Shown: positions 20,156 to 33,573, counted from the whole stretch's first letter. The stretch: 63,820 nucleotides of DNA, filler included, from a bacterium (GCA_046331705.1; 3 parts of 3 records of this genome joined end to end with filler, not necessarily neighbours in it); one strand, 5' to 3'. A program made the numbers and translations. The notes: generated by a model from the letters alone, not told the origin.

Positions 20156-22201
20156 TCACCGACCGAGCCGCGCGTGCCCGATCCCCTGCGGCGAGAGCGT
20201 CGTGTGCACCGGATTCGTCAAGCTCGCCGCACGCGTGTCGTAGGCGAGCAGCGAGACCCGTTCGCCGGGGGCGCCCTCGAGGTCGACCTCCACGGCATCG
20301 GGAGAAATCCGGATGTCGCGGAAACGTCGATCCGCGAGCGTCACGAGCTTCTCCGACTCGCCGATCAGCGCCATGCCGTTCGCGAGGATCGGTGCAAGCA
20401 CCACGTAGTCGAAGTCGAAGGCCTTGCCGCGCGGCTCGAGCTCCACCGCGTCGGAGACGACGCTGGCGGTCTGGCGTCGCCAATCGTAGGCGACCATCGG
20501 AGCGTGGATGTCGAGGTCGCGCGACGGATCGACGCGCCAATCGCGGATCTCGTCGGGCAGCACGAAGAGATCGTCGATGGGGCGGCCGTAGTCGATCGCG
20601 GCGAAGAGGCCGTCGAGGAATCGCCGCACGTCGTCGCCTCGCCACAGCGCGTAGGCCGCGAGGTACGTCCAGCGTCCCAAGCCGGCGCGCTCCGAGTAGG
20701 TGCTAACCGTGTAGGGACGCTGATGGGGCAGGAACATCGCGTCGAGCGGGGTCGCGGGGCGGTCGGGCTTGAGCAGCACGCCGTCGGCGCGGCACGTGCG
20801 GTTCAGCAAGGTGGCATCGCCCGCGCCGAGGCCATCGCCCGATCCGACCATGCCCGCGCTCAAGGCGCTCACCAGCGCCTCCTGCTCGTTTTGATGCTCG
20901 TCGAGGAGGTCGCGCTGGTTGGGCGCGCTCAGGAAGTTGTCCTTGAACGGCCACACGCCGACGGCGGCGGCGAGCATGCTGGTGGTGTGGAACGCGGGCC
21001 AGTACATCGTCTTGGGCGCTCCCGCCAGGTAGTCGATGGAGACGCGCGCCGTGGTGACGTTGGGGTGGCGCGGCTTGTCGAGGAAGTGGCCAGGGCCCGG
21101 CATGCAGAGCTGGACCGTGAGGCCGGCGTCGGCGGCGGCCTGCGCGAGGTTCGTCATCCAGGTCTCGGCGCGACCGAGCTGCTGCCGCAGCCACGGCACG
21201 CCCCAGAACTGGGCCATGAGCCAGTCCTGCTCGTAGGTGATCGCACCCCAGCGCGCGGCGTCGGCCATGAGCTCGTCGAAGACGCCGCGCTCGACGGGAA
21301 ACGCCATGTCGGGATCGCCGCCGCCCTGCACGAACGCGTAGCGGCTCGCGTAGTCGTTGTCGGGAGCGAACCAGCGGTTGTGGAGCACCAGCGGCAGCCC
21401 GAGGCGGGCGCGAAACGCGGCGAGGCCGTCGGGGAACATCCAGGGTTGCGGCTGCCAGCTCACCAGCCCGCCGAGGGGGCCGCTACGGGTGGCTTCCTTG
21501 AAGTACCACCAGGAATCGAGCTGGACGTAGCCGAAGGGGATGCCGCGAGCCTCGGCGTCGCGCTTCACCGCGAGCAGCGTCTCGGACTCGTTTCGATCGG
21601 GGGCGGTGGCGTAGTAGTAGATCGCGCCGTTGTCGGTCCAATAGCCGAGCCGCGCGAGCCCGGTGTCGGCGTAGCGATCGGGGACCGAGCCGCCCAGGCG
21701 CTCGCGGAGCGCCGCGCCCCAGCGCTCCATCGTCGCGTTGATGCCGTGGCCGCGGACCAGCAGAAAGTCGTGGGTGAAGCCGGGCGGAACCGATTCCAGC
21801 TCTCCCTCGAGGCCCGAGTGCAGCGCGCCGTCGGCGAACCACACGAGCGATTCGAAGGGATGGTCCACCGGCGAGAAGACCACCACCTCGAGGTCGTCGC
21901 CGAAGACGATCAGCGGGCCGTTGGTGCGGATCGCGCTGCGCGTCGGAGGCGCCATCGGCTCCATCGTGAACGTGAGCACGTGCTGGAACGAGGCGCCGAG
22001 GGGAATGGGCGGGTACTCGATCGAGGGCGACGTGAAGGCGCCGGTCGCGATCCCCGTGGCGCCCGCCGGCAGCGAGCGCGTCACGACGGCGACGCCGTCG
22101 CGGGGGCTCGCCGCGCCGCTGGCGCCGTCGGAGCAGCCACTGCTCGCGAGCCCCGAGCCGAGCCACAGGACGACGAGCCAGGCGCGCGCGCGGGATCTCA
22201 T
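20156..22201 (-). CDS. Secreted/lipoprotein, putative glycoside hydrolase of clan GH-D-like fold
   Basis: Signal ending LASSGC; GYWTDNG, YVQLDSWWY, YEQDWL, RVSIDY, CRADGVLLKPDRP resemble GH27/GH36 barrel motifs. Confidence 0.6.
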   Translation of the reverse strand: MRSRARAWLVVLWLGSGLASSGCSDGASGAASPRDGVAVVTRSLPAGATGIATGAFTSPSIEYPPIPLGASFQHVLTFTMEPMAPPTRSAIRTNGPLIVFGDDLEVVVFSPVDHPFESLVWFADGALHSGLEGELESVPPGFTHDFLLVRGHGINATMERWGAALRERLGGSVPDRYADTGLARLGYWTDNGAIYYYATAPDRNESETLLAVKRDAEARGIPFGYVQLDSWWYFKEATRSGPLGGLVSWQPQPWMFPDGLAAFRARLGLPLVLHNRWFAPDNDYASRYAFVQGGGDPDMAFPVERGVFDELMADAARWGAITYEQDWLMAQFWGVPWLRQQLGRAETWMTNLAQAAADAGLTVQLCMPGPGHFLDKPRHPNVTTARVSIDYLAGAPKTMYWPAFHTTSMLAAAVGVWPFKDNFLSAPNQRDLLDEHQNEQEALVSALSAGMVGSGDGLGAGDATLLNRTCRADGVLLKPDRPATPLDAMFLPHQRPYTVSTYSERAGLGRWTYLAAYALWRGDDVRRFLDGLFAAIDYGRPIDDLFVLPDEIRDWRVDPSRDLDIHAPMVAYDWRRQTASVVSDAVELEPRGKAFDFDYVVLAPILANGMALIGESEKLVTLADRRFRDIRISPDAVEVDLEGAPGERVSLLAYDTRAASLTNPVHTTLSPQGIGHARLGR

Positions 22202-22254
22202 CGAGCCGCGGGGGTTGGCGATTCGGCGAGGGATGAGGCAAACATCGCGTGCCG

Positions 22255-23022
22255 ATGACCGTGGACGAGAGCGCCGAGCGAGAGTACCGCGACGCGGTGG
22301 TGTTGAGCGACCTGCACCTGTGGGATCGCGACGAGCCGCGCTACCGCTCCGCGCTCGAGGTCTTGCGCGAGCTGCCCCGGGAGGTCGATCTCCTGGTGGT
22401 GCTCGGCGATCTCTTCGATTTCTGGATCGAGGAGAACGTGGTCTTGGTGGAGCGCTTCGCGGACGTCATCGCGGCGCTCGCCGCGATCCGCGCGCGCGGC
22501 GTGGCGGTGCTCTATTGCGAGGGGAACCACGATCTGCACCTCGAGGCGCATTTCGGCCGCGTCGTCGGTCTGGACACCTTCGCCGGCGAGCGCCGGCTGC
22601 GGGTCGCGGGGCGCGAGGTGAGCCTCTCGCACGGCGACCTCGTCAATCCGCGCGATCACGGCTACCTGTTCCTGCGCTGGTTGCTGCGAACGCAGGTCGT
22701 GCGCTGGCTGGCGCGCGCACTCCCCGCCGAGCTGGTGGTGACGATCGGCGAGCGCTCGAGTCGCAAATCGCGCGGCTACACGGCGCGAAAGAACGATCCG
22801 ATCCGCGAGCTCAGCCACGACTACGCGCGGGCGCGAATCGCCGCGGGCGCGGACGTGGTGGTGATCGGCCACACCCATCGGCCCGAGCGCACCGCGATCG
22901 CCGCCGCGAACGGGCGCCAGGGACTCTACGTCAACACCGGCTACTGGCCCGCCGATGGGCGCAAGACCTGGGCACGCATCAACGCGAACGGTGTCCATCT
23001 CTACGAGCTGGCTGCGCCCTGA
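22255..23022 (+). CDS. lpxH: UDP-2,3-diacylglucosamine diphosphatase (LpxH-like metallophosphoesterase)
   Basis: SDLHL, LGDLFDFW, EGNHD, HGD, GHTH, NTG motifs. Confidence 0.85.
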   Translation: MTVDESAEREYRDAVVLSDLHLWDRDEPRYRSALEVLRELPREVDLLVVLGDLFDFWIEENVVLVERFADVIAALAAIRARGVAVLYCEGNHDLHLEAHFGRVVGLDTFAGERRLRVAGREVSLSHGDLVNPRDHGYLFLRWLLRTQVVRWLARALPAELVVTIGERSSRKSRGYTARKNDPIRELSHDYARARIAAGADVVVIGHTHRPERTAIAAANGRQGLYVNTGYWPADGRKTWARINANGVHLYELAAP

Positions 23023-23050
23023 GCGCGCCGCGCTGCTGCGGAGCAAAGCC

Positions 23051-23407
23051 ATGACGATCTCGCTCTACGGAATCCCCACCTGCGACACCTGCCGCAAGGC
23101 GCGCGCATGGCTCACCGAGCGCGGGCTCGCGTACCAGTGGGTGGATCTGCGCGATTCGCCGCCTGCGCCGGAACGGGTCCGGGCGTGGGTGGCGGCGCTC
23201 ACGGCCAAGGCGCTGCGCAACACCAGCGGCGCGTCGTTCCGGGCGCTCGGCCCCGAGAAGGACGGCTGGGACGACTCGCGCTGGGCCGAGGAGCTCGCTC
23301 GCGATCCGATGCTCGTCAAACGCCCGGTGCTCGAGATCGACGGCGAGGCGCGCGCCGTGGGCTTCAAGCCGGAGGCCTGGGCGCGGCTCGCGTCGCTCGC
23401 TGGTTAG
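23051..23407 (+). CDS. ArsC/Spx/YffB family protein
   Basis: YGIPTCDTCRKARAWL, PMLVKRPVL, VGF. Confidence 0.92.
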   Translation: MTISLYGIPTCDTCRKARAWLTERGLAYQWVDLRDSPPAPERVRAWVAALTAKALRNTSGASFRALGPEKDGWDDSRWAEELARDPMLVKRPVLEIDGEARAVGFKPEAWARLASLAG

Positions 23408-23579
23408 GTCATCGCGCTGGGCGTGAACGGCCCCTGCGCTCGCCGGGCCGGTGAAGGCGGGCGGCGGAGTGGGACCTTCGCCCCCGCGGGAAGGGTCGCG
23501 CGCCGCAGCGCCGCGAGCGGCGCGCCCCGATGAGGTAGAGTGTGCGGCCTTTTTTCGCGCGTTCAGCCGGAGGGCCCTC

Positions 23580-25700
23580 GTGACGTCGAATTCGCCGCAC
23601 GCTCGAACCCATACGCCCTCGCGACTCGCGGCGCTGGGTTTCCTGACCCTCTTCCTCGAGCTGACGCTCATTCGCTACCTGGCCGGCAACATCTGGAACC
23701 TGGGCTATTTCCCGAACTTCGTCCTCATCGCGGTGTTCGTGGGGATGGGGATCGGCTTCATCCTGCACCAGCGGCTGGACGACGCCACCTCGGACCGCGT
23801 TTTCCTGGAGGCGGCGGCGCTGCTGGCCATGCTGATCGCGCTGGTGTCGTGGCTCCACCCCTCGATCCCGGGCTTCCAGGGATTCCAGGGTGTGGTCGGG
23901 GGAGAGCTCTACTTCACCTCGGTCGGGGATCAGCGTGGTAGCGCGATCTGGTTCGTGGTGTGGTTCGGCGGAGTGGTGGCGACCTTCGCCGCGATCTCGC
24001 AGCGGACCGCGAAGCTCTTTCGCAGCTTCCGGCCGCTGCACGCCTACACCCTCGACATCGCCGGCTCGTGCGCCGGGATCGTGGCGTTCGCGGCGGCGAG
24101 CTTTCTCGGGCTTCCCGCGTGGGTGTGGTTCGCGATCGCGGCCGTGCCGTTCGCGTGGGCCGCCGGGCAGACGCCGCGCAACACGGCCGTCCTGGTCGCG
24201 CTGGTGTTGGTCTCGAGCGTGATCGCGTACCGCCAGGACCTCCACCTGCTCGCCAACCCCAAGTTCGCCGAGACCTTCGAGTCGCACTGGTCGCCCTACC
24301 AGAAGCTCGAGTACGTGTCGGCGAAGGGGCAGGTGCCGTTCATCTTCGCGAACGGTCTCGGCCACCAGGAGCTGCTCGACGCGAGCCAGATCGAACGCTC
24401 CTTCTACGTGCTGCCGCATCGGGCGCGCGCCGCGAAGCAGGGCCTCGGACCCTACAAGCGCGTGCTCATCATCGGTGGCGGCACCGGCAACGACGTGGCC
24501 ACCGCGCTTCGCAACGGCGCCGAGCACGTGGACGTGGTGGAGATCGATCCGTGGATCGCCCACCTGGGCCGCACCAAGCACCCCGAGGCGGGCTATCGCG
24601 ATCCGCGCGTGAATCTGGTGGTGGACGACGGGCGCGCCTTCATGACGCGCGCCAAGGGGCCCTACGACCTCGTGATCTTCGCGTTGACCGACTCGCTGGT
24701 GAAGGTCAGCGCGGTCGCCCAGCTTCGGCTCGAGAACTTCGTGTTCACCAAGGAGTCGGTCGCGCGCGCCTTCGAGCTGCTGAGCGAGAACGGCGATCTC
24801 GTCCTCTACAACTACTACCGCGAGGCGTGGTTGGTGGATCGGCTGCTGGCGATGATGCGCGCCGGCAGCGGTCGCGAGGCCCAAGTGCTGGGCCGCGAGG
24901 CCGACCTCATGATCCTCTCGGTGGGCAAGACCAGCGCGGTCGCCGACGCGGCTCGCGGTGACGCCGACGGCGCGGGGTTTCAGATCCCGGTGGACGACTG
25001 GCCGTTCCTCTACCTCAAGACGCGCTCGGTGCCGCGCCTCTACCTCGCGATCATGCTCGGCATGACCGCGCTGGTGGTGCTGCTGCTCGCGATCTTCCAC
25101 CGCACCGTTCGCGTCTCCGATCCCGAGTCGCGAACGCCGCGCGGCGGCGCGCTCAAGCTCGCGTTCGTCGTGATGGGCACGGCGTTCCTGCTGCTCGAAA
25201 CCAAGAGCGTAGTCCAGTTCGCGCTCTTGTTCGGCACCACGTGGATCAACACCTCGGCGGTGTTCTTCGGCATCCTGGTGCTGGTCCTGGCGGCGAACTG
25301 GACCGCCCTGGCGCTCGGCGGCCGCGCCGCGTTGCCCGCGGTGTTCGCGCTCTTGCTCGCGGCGTCGCTCCTGCCGCTGGCGGTGCCGCTCTCGAAGCTG
25401 CTCTACCTGGAGAACCGCGAGCTTCGCTTCGTGCTCGGCGCGCTGCTCACGTTCGCGCCGATCTTCTTCGCGAATCTGCTCTTCAGCCTCATCTTCCGCG
25501 ACCAGCCAGCCGCCGAGCATCTCTTCGGCTGGAACCTGATCGGCGCCACCCTCGGCGGCGTCGTCGAGTACACCAGCATGGCGCTCGGCTATCGCGCGCT
25601 CGCGCTGGTGGTCGCCGGTCTCTACACGGTTGCGTTCGCGCTGATGTGGGTGTCGTGGCGAGGGCGCGAGGAGGGCGTCACGGCGCAGCCGGCGGCGTGA
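23580..25700 (+). CDS. Multi-TM membrane protein with internal spermidine-synthase-like SAM-binding domain
   Basis: GGAGGG SD before GTG; TM blocks flank WSPYQKL...VLIIGGGTGNDV...VEID...DDGRAF...DDWPFLYL. Confidence 0.85.
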   Translation: MTSNSPHARTHTPSRLAALGFLTLFLELTLIRYLAGNIWNLGYFPNFVLIAVFVGMGIGFILHQRLDDATSDRVFLEAAALLAMLIALVSWLHPSIPGFQGFQGVVGGELYFTSVGDQRGSAIWFVVWFGGVVATFAAISQRTAKLFRSFRPLHAYTLDIAGSCAGIVAFAAASFLGLPAWVWFAIAAVPFAWAAGQTPRNTAVLVALVLVSSVIAYRQDLHLLANPKFAETFESHWSPYQKLEYVSAKGQVPFIFANGLGHQELLDASQIERSFYVLPHRARAAKQGLGPYKRVLIIGGGTGNDVATALRNGAEHVDVVEIDPWIAHLGRTKHPEAGYRDPRVNLVVDDGRAFMTRAKGPYDLVIFALTDSLVKVSAVAQLRLENFVFTKESVARAFELLSENGDLVLYNYYREAWLVDRLLAMMRAGSGREAQVLGREADLMILSVGKTSAVADAARGDADGAGFQIPVDDWPFLYLKTRSVPRLYLAIMLGMTALVVLLLAIFHRTVRVSDPESRTPRGGALKLAFVVMGTAFLLLETKSVVQFALLFGTTWINTSAVFFGILVLVLAANWTALALGGRAALPAVFALLLAASLLPLAVPLSKLLYLENRELRFVLGALLTFAPIFFANLLFSLIFRDQPAAEHLFGWNLIGATLGGVVEYTSMALGYRALALVVAGLYTVAFALMWVSWRGREEGVTAQPAA

Positions 25701-26844
25701 GCTCGGAGTCGGCGGTGGGCGCGTCGGGCGCCGTGAGCGTCTGATCGCCTGCGCCGCGCGGCGGCGTGTCCCCCGTGGCGGGGGCTGGCGCGGATGCGGG
25801 CGGCGCGGCCGCGGCCGCGGCAGGCAGGATCGGACCGGTCGGGCCGAGCTTGAAGTCGCTCGGCAGGTCGACCTTTCGCACCACGTGCGCCTCCTCGAGC
25901 AGCCGCTCGTACCAGCGCTTGTACGTGCGCTCGAGCGCCGACGCGAGGAGCTTCTCGCGGATCGCGCTCTTCACCTCTTCGAGAGGGGGGGCGCCGCCGG
26001 CTTGCTTGTCCGCGATCTGGAGGATGTGGAGCCCGCCGCCCGATTCGACCGGCCCGCCGATCTCGCCGGGGCCGAGCGCGAACGCGGCGTCCTCGAGCTC
26101 CTGCTTGAGCTTGCCGCGCTCGTAGGTGCCGAGGTCGCCGCCTTCCTCCGCGCCCGGCCCCTTCGAATGGCGGCGCGCCAGATCGCCGAAGATCGCGGGA
26201 TCGGCCACGGCGCTCGCCTTGATCTCCTTGGCCTTGGCGAGCGTTTCCGCCTTCTCCTCCGCCGACGCTCCTGGCGGGTAGGGCAGATAGATGTCCCGGA
26301 TGTGGACGCGCTCGGCGACGGTGAGCTCGCCTTTGTGCTCGTCGTAGTACTTCTGAATCTCGGAGTCCTCGACCACGACGCGCGGCCGCACTTCGATGTC
26401 GACGACGCGGCGCCGCTCCAGCTCGCCGCGCAAGCGGTCGCGGTACTCGGCCTTCGAGAGGCCTTGCTTCTCGAGCATCGCGTCGATCTGATCGGGCTTG
26501 AGGCCGGCGCGCCCCAGCATCGAGGCGAGCGCGTCGTCGACCTCGGCGTCGGGAACGCTGATGCCCACCTTGCGCATGTGCTGGCGCAGGATCTCGCGCT
26601 CGATGAGGCCGTCGAGCTCGCGCCCCAGCATCGCGTCGGTGATCGGCCCGTTCTCGCCCTGCGCCTTGGCGACGATCTCGGCGCTGCGGCGCACCTCGGA
26701 GAGCAGGATCGGCTCGGGCCCGACGGTGGCCGCGATGCGGTCGACGAGGTCGTCGGCGGCGTGACCGCCGCTCGCGAGGCCGATCGAAAGCGAGAGCGCC
26801 GCGAGGATGCGGCCGAGCGGCTGCGCGTGGATGGTGCGGATCAC
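25678..26844 (-). CDS. surA: SurA-like periplasmic parvulin PPIase/chaperone
   Basis: Signal peptide; VDRIAATV...ILLSEV; FGDLARRHS...GGDLG...PVES..GLHI; follows mfd. Confidence 0.85.
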   Translation of the reverse strand: MIRTIHAQPLGRILAALSLSIGLASGGHAADDLVDRIAATVGPEPILLSEVRRSAEIVAKAQGENGPITDAMLGRELDGLIEREILRQHMRKVGISVPDAEVDDALASMLGRAGLKPDQIDAMLEKQGLSKAEYRDRLRGELERRRVVDIEVRPRVVVEDSEIQKYYDEHKGELTVAERVHIRDIYLPYPPGASAEEKAETLAKAKEIKASAVADPAIFGDLARRHSKGPGAEEGGDLGTYERGKLKQELEDAAFALGPGEIGGPVESGGGLHILQIADKQAGGAPPLEEVKSAIREKLLASALERTYKRWYERLLEEAHVVRKVDLPSDFKLGPTGPILPAAAAAAPPASAPAPATGDTPPRGAGDQTLTAPDAPTADSELTPPAAP

Positions 26845-28654
26845 GGATCTTCCCCCGGGTCCCAGGCTGCGTCGAACGACGAGGACTCTTCGTTCTCGGG
26901 CTCGGCGCGCCGGCGCACGAAGGCGGCCGGCGTGTTGCGTTCGGTCGTGCTCGGCGACGCCGAGGCGCGGCTGCGAGCGTCGGAGGGTGGTGCCTCACCC
27001 AGCAGCTCGGCAAGCAGGTGGCGCAAGAGGGTGGCGCTTTCCGGCCAAGTCCGGCCTGCGATCTTGAGTCGCAACTGACCGTCGGGCTGCATCTGGATCT
27101 CGCCGGGCTCCTGGCCGCGCCGTCGCTGCGCCACCTCCACGAAGCGGCGCGGCTCGACGGGCGCGCGCTCGTGGAAGCGCACCGAGATCGAGACTCGGTC
27201 CTGGCGGGCGAAGGTGGCGCCGGCGCGCCTGAGATCACCTTTGACGGCCATGAGCAGGAACAAATTCTCGGCCTGCGCGGGAAGGCGACCGAAGCGGTCG
27301 ATCCATTCCCAGCGGATCTCGTCGAGCTCGGCATCGCCCCGGGCACGGGCGATCTGGCGATACGCGATCACGCGCTCGCCGGGATCGGGCACGTAGGCGT
27401 CGGGGAGGAAGGCCTCCACCGGAAAGTGGATCTCGGGATCGAGATCGAGCTCGGGCTCGCGCCCGTCGAGCTCCGCCATCGCTTCCTCGACCATCTGCTG
27501 GTAGAGCTCGAAGCCAACGGCGGCGATCTGCCCCGACTGCTCCTTGCCCAGCAGGTTGCCGGCGCCGCGGATCTCCAAGTCCTCGAGCGCCAGCCGGAAG
27601 CCGGCTCCCAGGTCGGTGAGGTTGCGCAGCGCTTCGAGCCTGCGCACCGCATCGGCGGTGATGCGGTTCTCGTCGGGCACCAGCAGGTAGCAGAACGCCT
27701 GCACCGGTCCGCGGCCGACGCGGCCGCGGAGCTGATAGAGCTGGGCCAATCCGAAGCGATCGGCCTGATTGATGAGGATCGTGTTGGCCTTCGAGATGTC
27801 GAGGCCGGACTCGATGATGGCGCTCGTCACCAGGACGTGCACGTCGCCGCTCACGAATCCGAGCATCGCCTTCTCGAGGGTGGCCGCGGTCATCTGGCCG
27901 TGCGCCACGGCGAAGCGCGCCTCTGGAACCAGCGTCTCGAGGGTCTTGGCCTGGGCCTCGATGGTCTCGACGCGGTTGTGGACGAAGAACACCTGGCCGC
28001 CGCGGGCGAGCTCGCGGCGGATGGCGTCCTGCACCAGCGGCTCGTCGTAGCGGCTCACGAAGGTGCGGATGGCGAGGCGGTCCTCGGGCGGAGTCGCGAT
28101 CACGCTCAGGTCGCGCAGCCCGGAGAGCGACATGCTGAGCGTGCGCGGGATCGGGGTGGCGGTCATCGACAACACGTCCGCCTGCGTCCGCAGCTTGCGC
28201 AGCTTCTCCTTGTGCGCGACGCCGAAGCGGTGCTCCTCGTCGATGATCACCAGCCCGAGGTCGCGAAAGCGCACGTCCGGCCCGAGCAATCGGTGGGTGC
28301 CGATGAGGATGTCGACGCCGCCCTTGCGCAGCCCTTCCAGGGCGGTGCGAACCTCGCCGGCGGAGCGGTAGCGGGAGATCGACTCGATGTTGACCGGCTG
28401 TCCCTTGAAGCGCTCGCGAAACGTCTGGAAGTGCTGCTGCGCCAGCACCGTGGTGGGCACCAGCACCGCGACTTGCTTGCGGTCCAGCACCGCCAGGAAG
28501 GCGGCGCGCATGGCGACCTCGGTCTTGCCGAAGCCGACGTCCCCGCACACCAGCCGGTCGGCGATCATCGGCTTGGTGAGATCGGCGAGGACGTCGTCGA
28601 TGGCGCGCGCCTGGTCCGGTGTCTCCTCGAACGGGAAGGCCGCCGCGAACTCGT
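26841..28654 (-). CDS. mfd: Transcription-repair coupling factor, 5' truncated at contig end
   Basis: DRLVCGDVGFGKTEVA, DEEHRFGV, MTATPIPRT, QLRGRVGR, DLEIRGAGNLLG; frame open to the gap. Confidence 0.97.
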
Positions 28655-28754
28655 NNNNNNNNNNNNNNNNNNNNNNNNNNNNNNNNNNNNNNNNNNNNTT
28701 AATTAATTAANNNNNNNNNNNNNNNNNNNNNNNNNNNNNNNNNNNNNNNNNNNN
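28655..28754. other. Artificial contig linker (44 N + TTAATTAATTAA + 44 N)
   Basis: Six-frame stop linker flanked by N runs. Confidence 0.99.
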
Positions 28755-29033
28755 CCGCCCAGCTCGCTCACGGTGGATGCGCTCACGCAAGCGATGGCCG
28801 AGGCGCCGAGCGCCGTGGTGATGACCCTCGAGGCCGTGAGCGTCTCCGGGAACACCGTGCGGGTGACGGTCCCGTCCGATTGGCAGAACCGGGGCAAGGT
28901 CGAGCGGCAGCGCGAGTTCGAGGCGCTGGTCTCGGTTCTCGCCGACAAGGGTTTCGCGGAAGCGGTCGCCATCAGCGCGGAGGGAGTCGAGCGCGCCAAG
29001 TGGGCCAACGGGATGGTGAATCTGATCGATTGA
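28755..29033 (+). CDS. Hypothetical protein, C-terminal fragment
   Basis: Open frame from the contig start with GC3-biased codons, stop at 29031-29033. Confidence 0.6.
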   Translation, partial: PPSSLTVDALTQAMAEAPSAVVMTLEAVSVSGNTVRVTVPSDWQNRGKVERQREFEALVSVLADKGFAEAVAISAEGVERAKWANGMVNLID

Positions 29034-29047
29034 GCGGTGGCGCGCGC

Positions 29048-29088
29048 GTCCGCCGCGCCGGTTGCGGCGGACGGAGGCTGACGCCTCC
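29048..29088. terminator. Twin hairpins between convergent genes
   Basis: GTCCGCCGC-N7-GCGGCGGAC then GGAGGC-TGAC-GCCTCC; no strong U-tract. Confidence 0.45.
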
Positions 29089-29106
29089 CTTCCGAGCCTT
29101 CCTAGC

Positions 29107-31980
<2,874 letters not shown>

Positions 31981-32120
31981 GCTCTCGCTCGTCGTTCGCT
32001 CGTGCGCAGTGCGCGCCGAGGATAGCGCGCAACGCCGTCGTTCGACCGCGTTGCGAACGAGAGAGCCCGTGACCGTCGCAGGCGGGGGTCTCGAGCGCGC
32101 CCCCAGGGAACCGCGCCGCG

Positions 32121-32300
32121 CTACTGGGCGCGTTCGACGGTCACGAACGGATCGCCGTCGGCGTCACGCTCGACGGTCACCGCCCACGGATTGCAGCACA
32201 CGTCGCAGTCCTGGACGAACGAGCCGGTGGTGGACGGGTCGATCACCAGATCGATGGATTCGCCGCAATACGGGCACGCCACCGCGACCTCATCGTGCAC
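32121..32300 (-). CDS. CPxCG-motif cysteine-rich small protein (59 aa; absent from the ORF track)
   Basis: Manual translation [66 protein letters not shown]. Confidence 0.9.
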   Translation of the reverse strand: MHDEVAVACPYCGESIDLVIDPSTTGSFVQDCDVCCNPWAVTVERDADGDPFVTVERAQ

Positions 32301-33435
32301 GAACGTCCTCGCGCTTGGTCGAGCCGGCGCGCGCGTGGCGCGTGGGCTCCACCGATCGATTGGGCACGGCCCACGGGAAGTGGGCCACCACGCTCCCGAC
32401 GACCTGCGGGGTGAGCTCGAAGAAGAGCTCGTTGGTGCGCACGAACGCGTTCAAGAACGCGGGCGAGATGGCGAGCTGACTCGAGTAGCGGTCGAGCGCC
32501 GCGCGCTTCTGGCCGCGCTGCGAATCGTCGAGGGCCAGGCTCCTCACCGTCACTTCGCGCGCGGGAATCTTGGGCGGCGGCTCGATGGACGTGGAGGCGA
32601 GCTCGCCGGGGCTCGGGTTCCACTCCATCCAGCCCGACGGCCAGTTCGGCCAGTGGACCAGATACGCGAGCAGCCGCGGGCTCGCGGGTGTGGTGGTTCG
32701 CGCGCGGCCGCTCGAGCGCTGCCAATCCTCGAGCGCCAGCAGGGTGAAGATCCCTGCCGCGGAATGATCGGGATGGATGTCCACGGGATCCGGCAGCGCC
32801 ACCACGGTGGGCCGCGTCTCGCGCAGGATGCGCGTCAGCTCCGCGCGCAGATTGGCGCCGCTGTAGGGAAGGCGTGGATCGCGCGCTTCGTCGTAGGGTG
32901 GGTCCGCGGCGCCGGTCGTCTGGGACCGCTCGGGCTTCGAGCGCGGCCAATGATCGTCGAGAAGGCCCTTGAGACCGCCGTCGGGAAAGCCGAGCAGCTC
33001 GACGTCGATGCGGCCGCCGCCCAGGGTCTCGGCGCTCGCCTCCGCCTCGCCGATGCGGCGCTCGCCGTACGCGACGTACTCGTGCGGTTGCGGCGGGGTC
33101 TCCGGGGTGATGCGTCGAACCGCGTCCTGATAGCCGTCGCCGGCGGTCACCAGCACCACGCGAACGCTGCCGCCGCTGGCGAGCACGTGCTGGATCAGCC
33201 CTGCGGTGGCGATCGTCTCGTCGTCCGGATGGGGCGCCACCACCAGCAGACGTTCGCCATTGCCGAGAGCGAGTGGCTCCAGCGCATCGGCGCTCGCCGA
33301 GCGGGCGGCCAGCGTGACGGCGAGGCACGCGGCGATGGCGACCAGGACGCGGCGCAGCGAGCGGAAGGGGACCGCGAGCGTGCTCGCCGCGCGCGCTCGG
33401 CCGCGGGTCTCGGGGGGATCGTTGGTTCGGGTCAC
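32290..33435 (-). CDS. Secreted PIG-L/LmbE family deacetylase (start approximate)
   Basis: [37 protein letters not shown]; signal-like N-terminus. Confidence 0.9.
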   Translation of the reverse strand: MTRTNDPPETRGRARAASTLAVPFRSLRRVLVAIAACLAVTLAARSASADALEPLALGNGERLLVVAPHPDDETIATAGLIQHVLASGGSVRVVLVTAGDGYQDAVRRITPETPPQPHEYVAYGERRIGEAEASAETLGGGRIDVELLGFPDGGLKGLLDDHWPRSKPERSQTTGAADPPYDEARDPRLPYSGANLRAELTRILRETRPTVVALPDPVDIHPDHSAAGIFTLLALEDWQRSSGRARTTTPASPRLLAYLVHWPNWPSGWMEWNPSPGELASTSIEPPPKIPAREVTVRSLALDDSQRGQKRAALDRYSSQLAISPAFLNAFVRTNELFFELTPQVVGSVVAHFPWAVPNRSVEPTRHARAGSTKREDVRAR

Positions 33436-33573
33436 GCTCGGGGCTCGCGCGAGTGGAACCAAGCAGCATAACGGCTCGACGAGCTCGGATCGAAGGCCTC
33501 GCTTCGTTTCGACGGTGACGGTTGATCGGCTGGCCGGGGCCGGGGCAAAGTCGCGCACAGGCGGGAGGAACGT

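Noticed and set aside
28699-28710. TTAATTAATTAA palindrome, repeated at 55878-55889
   Set aside because: Synthetic six-frame stop linker, not biological.
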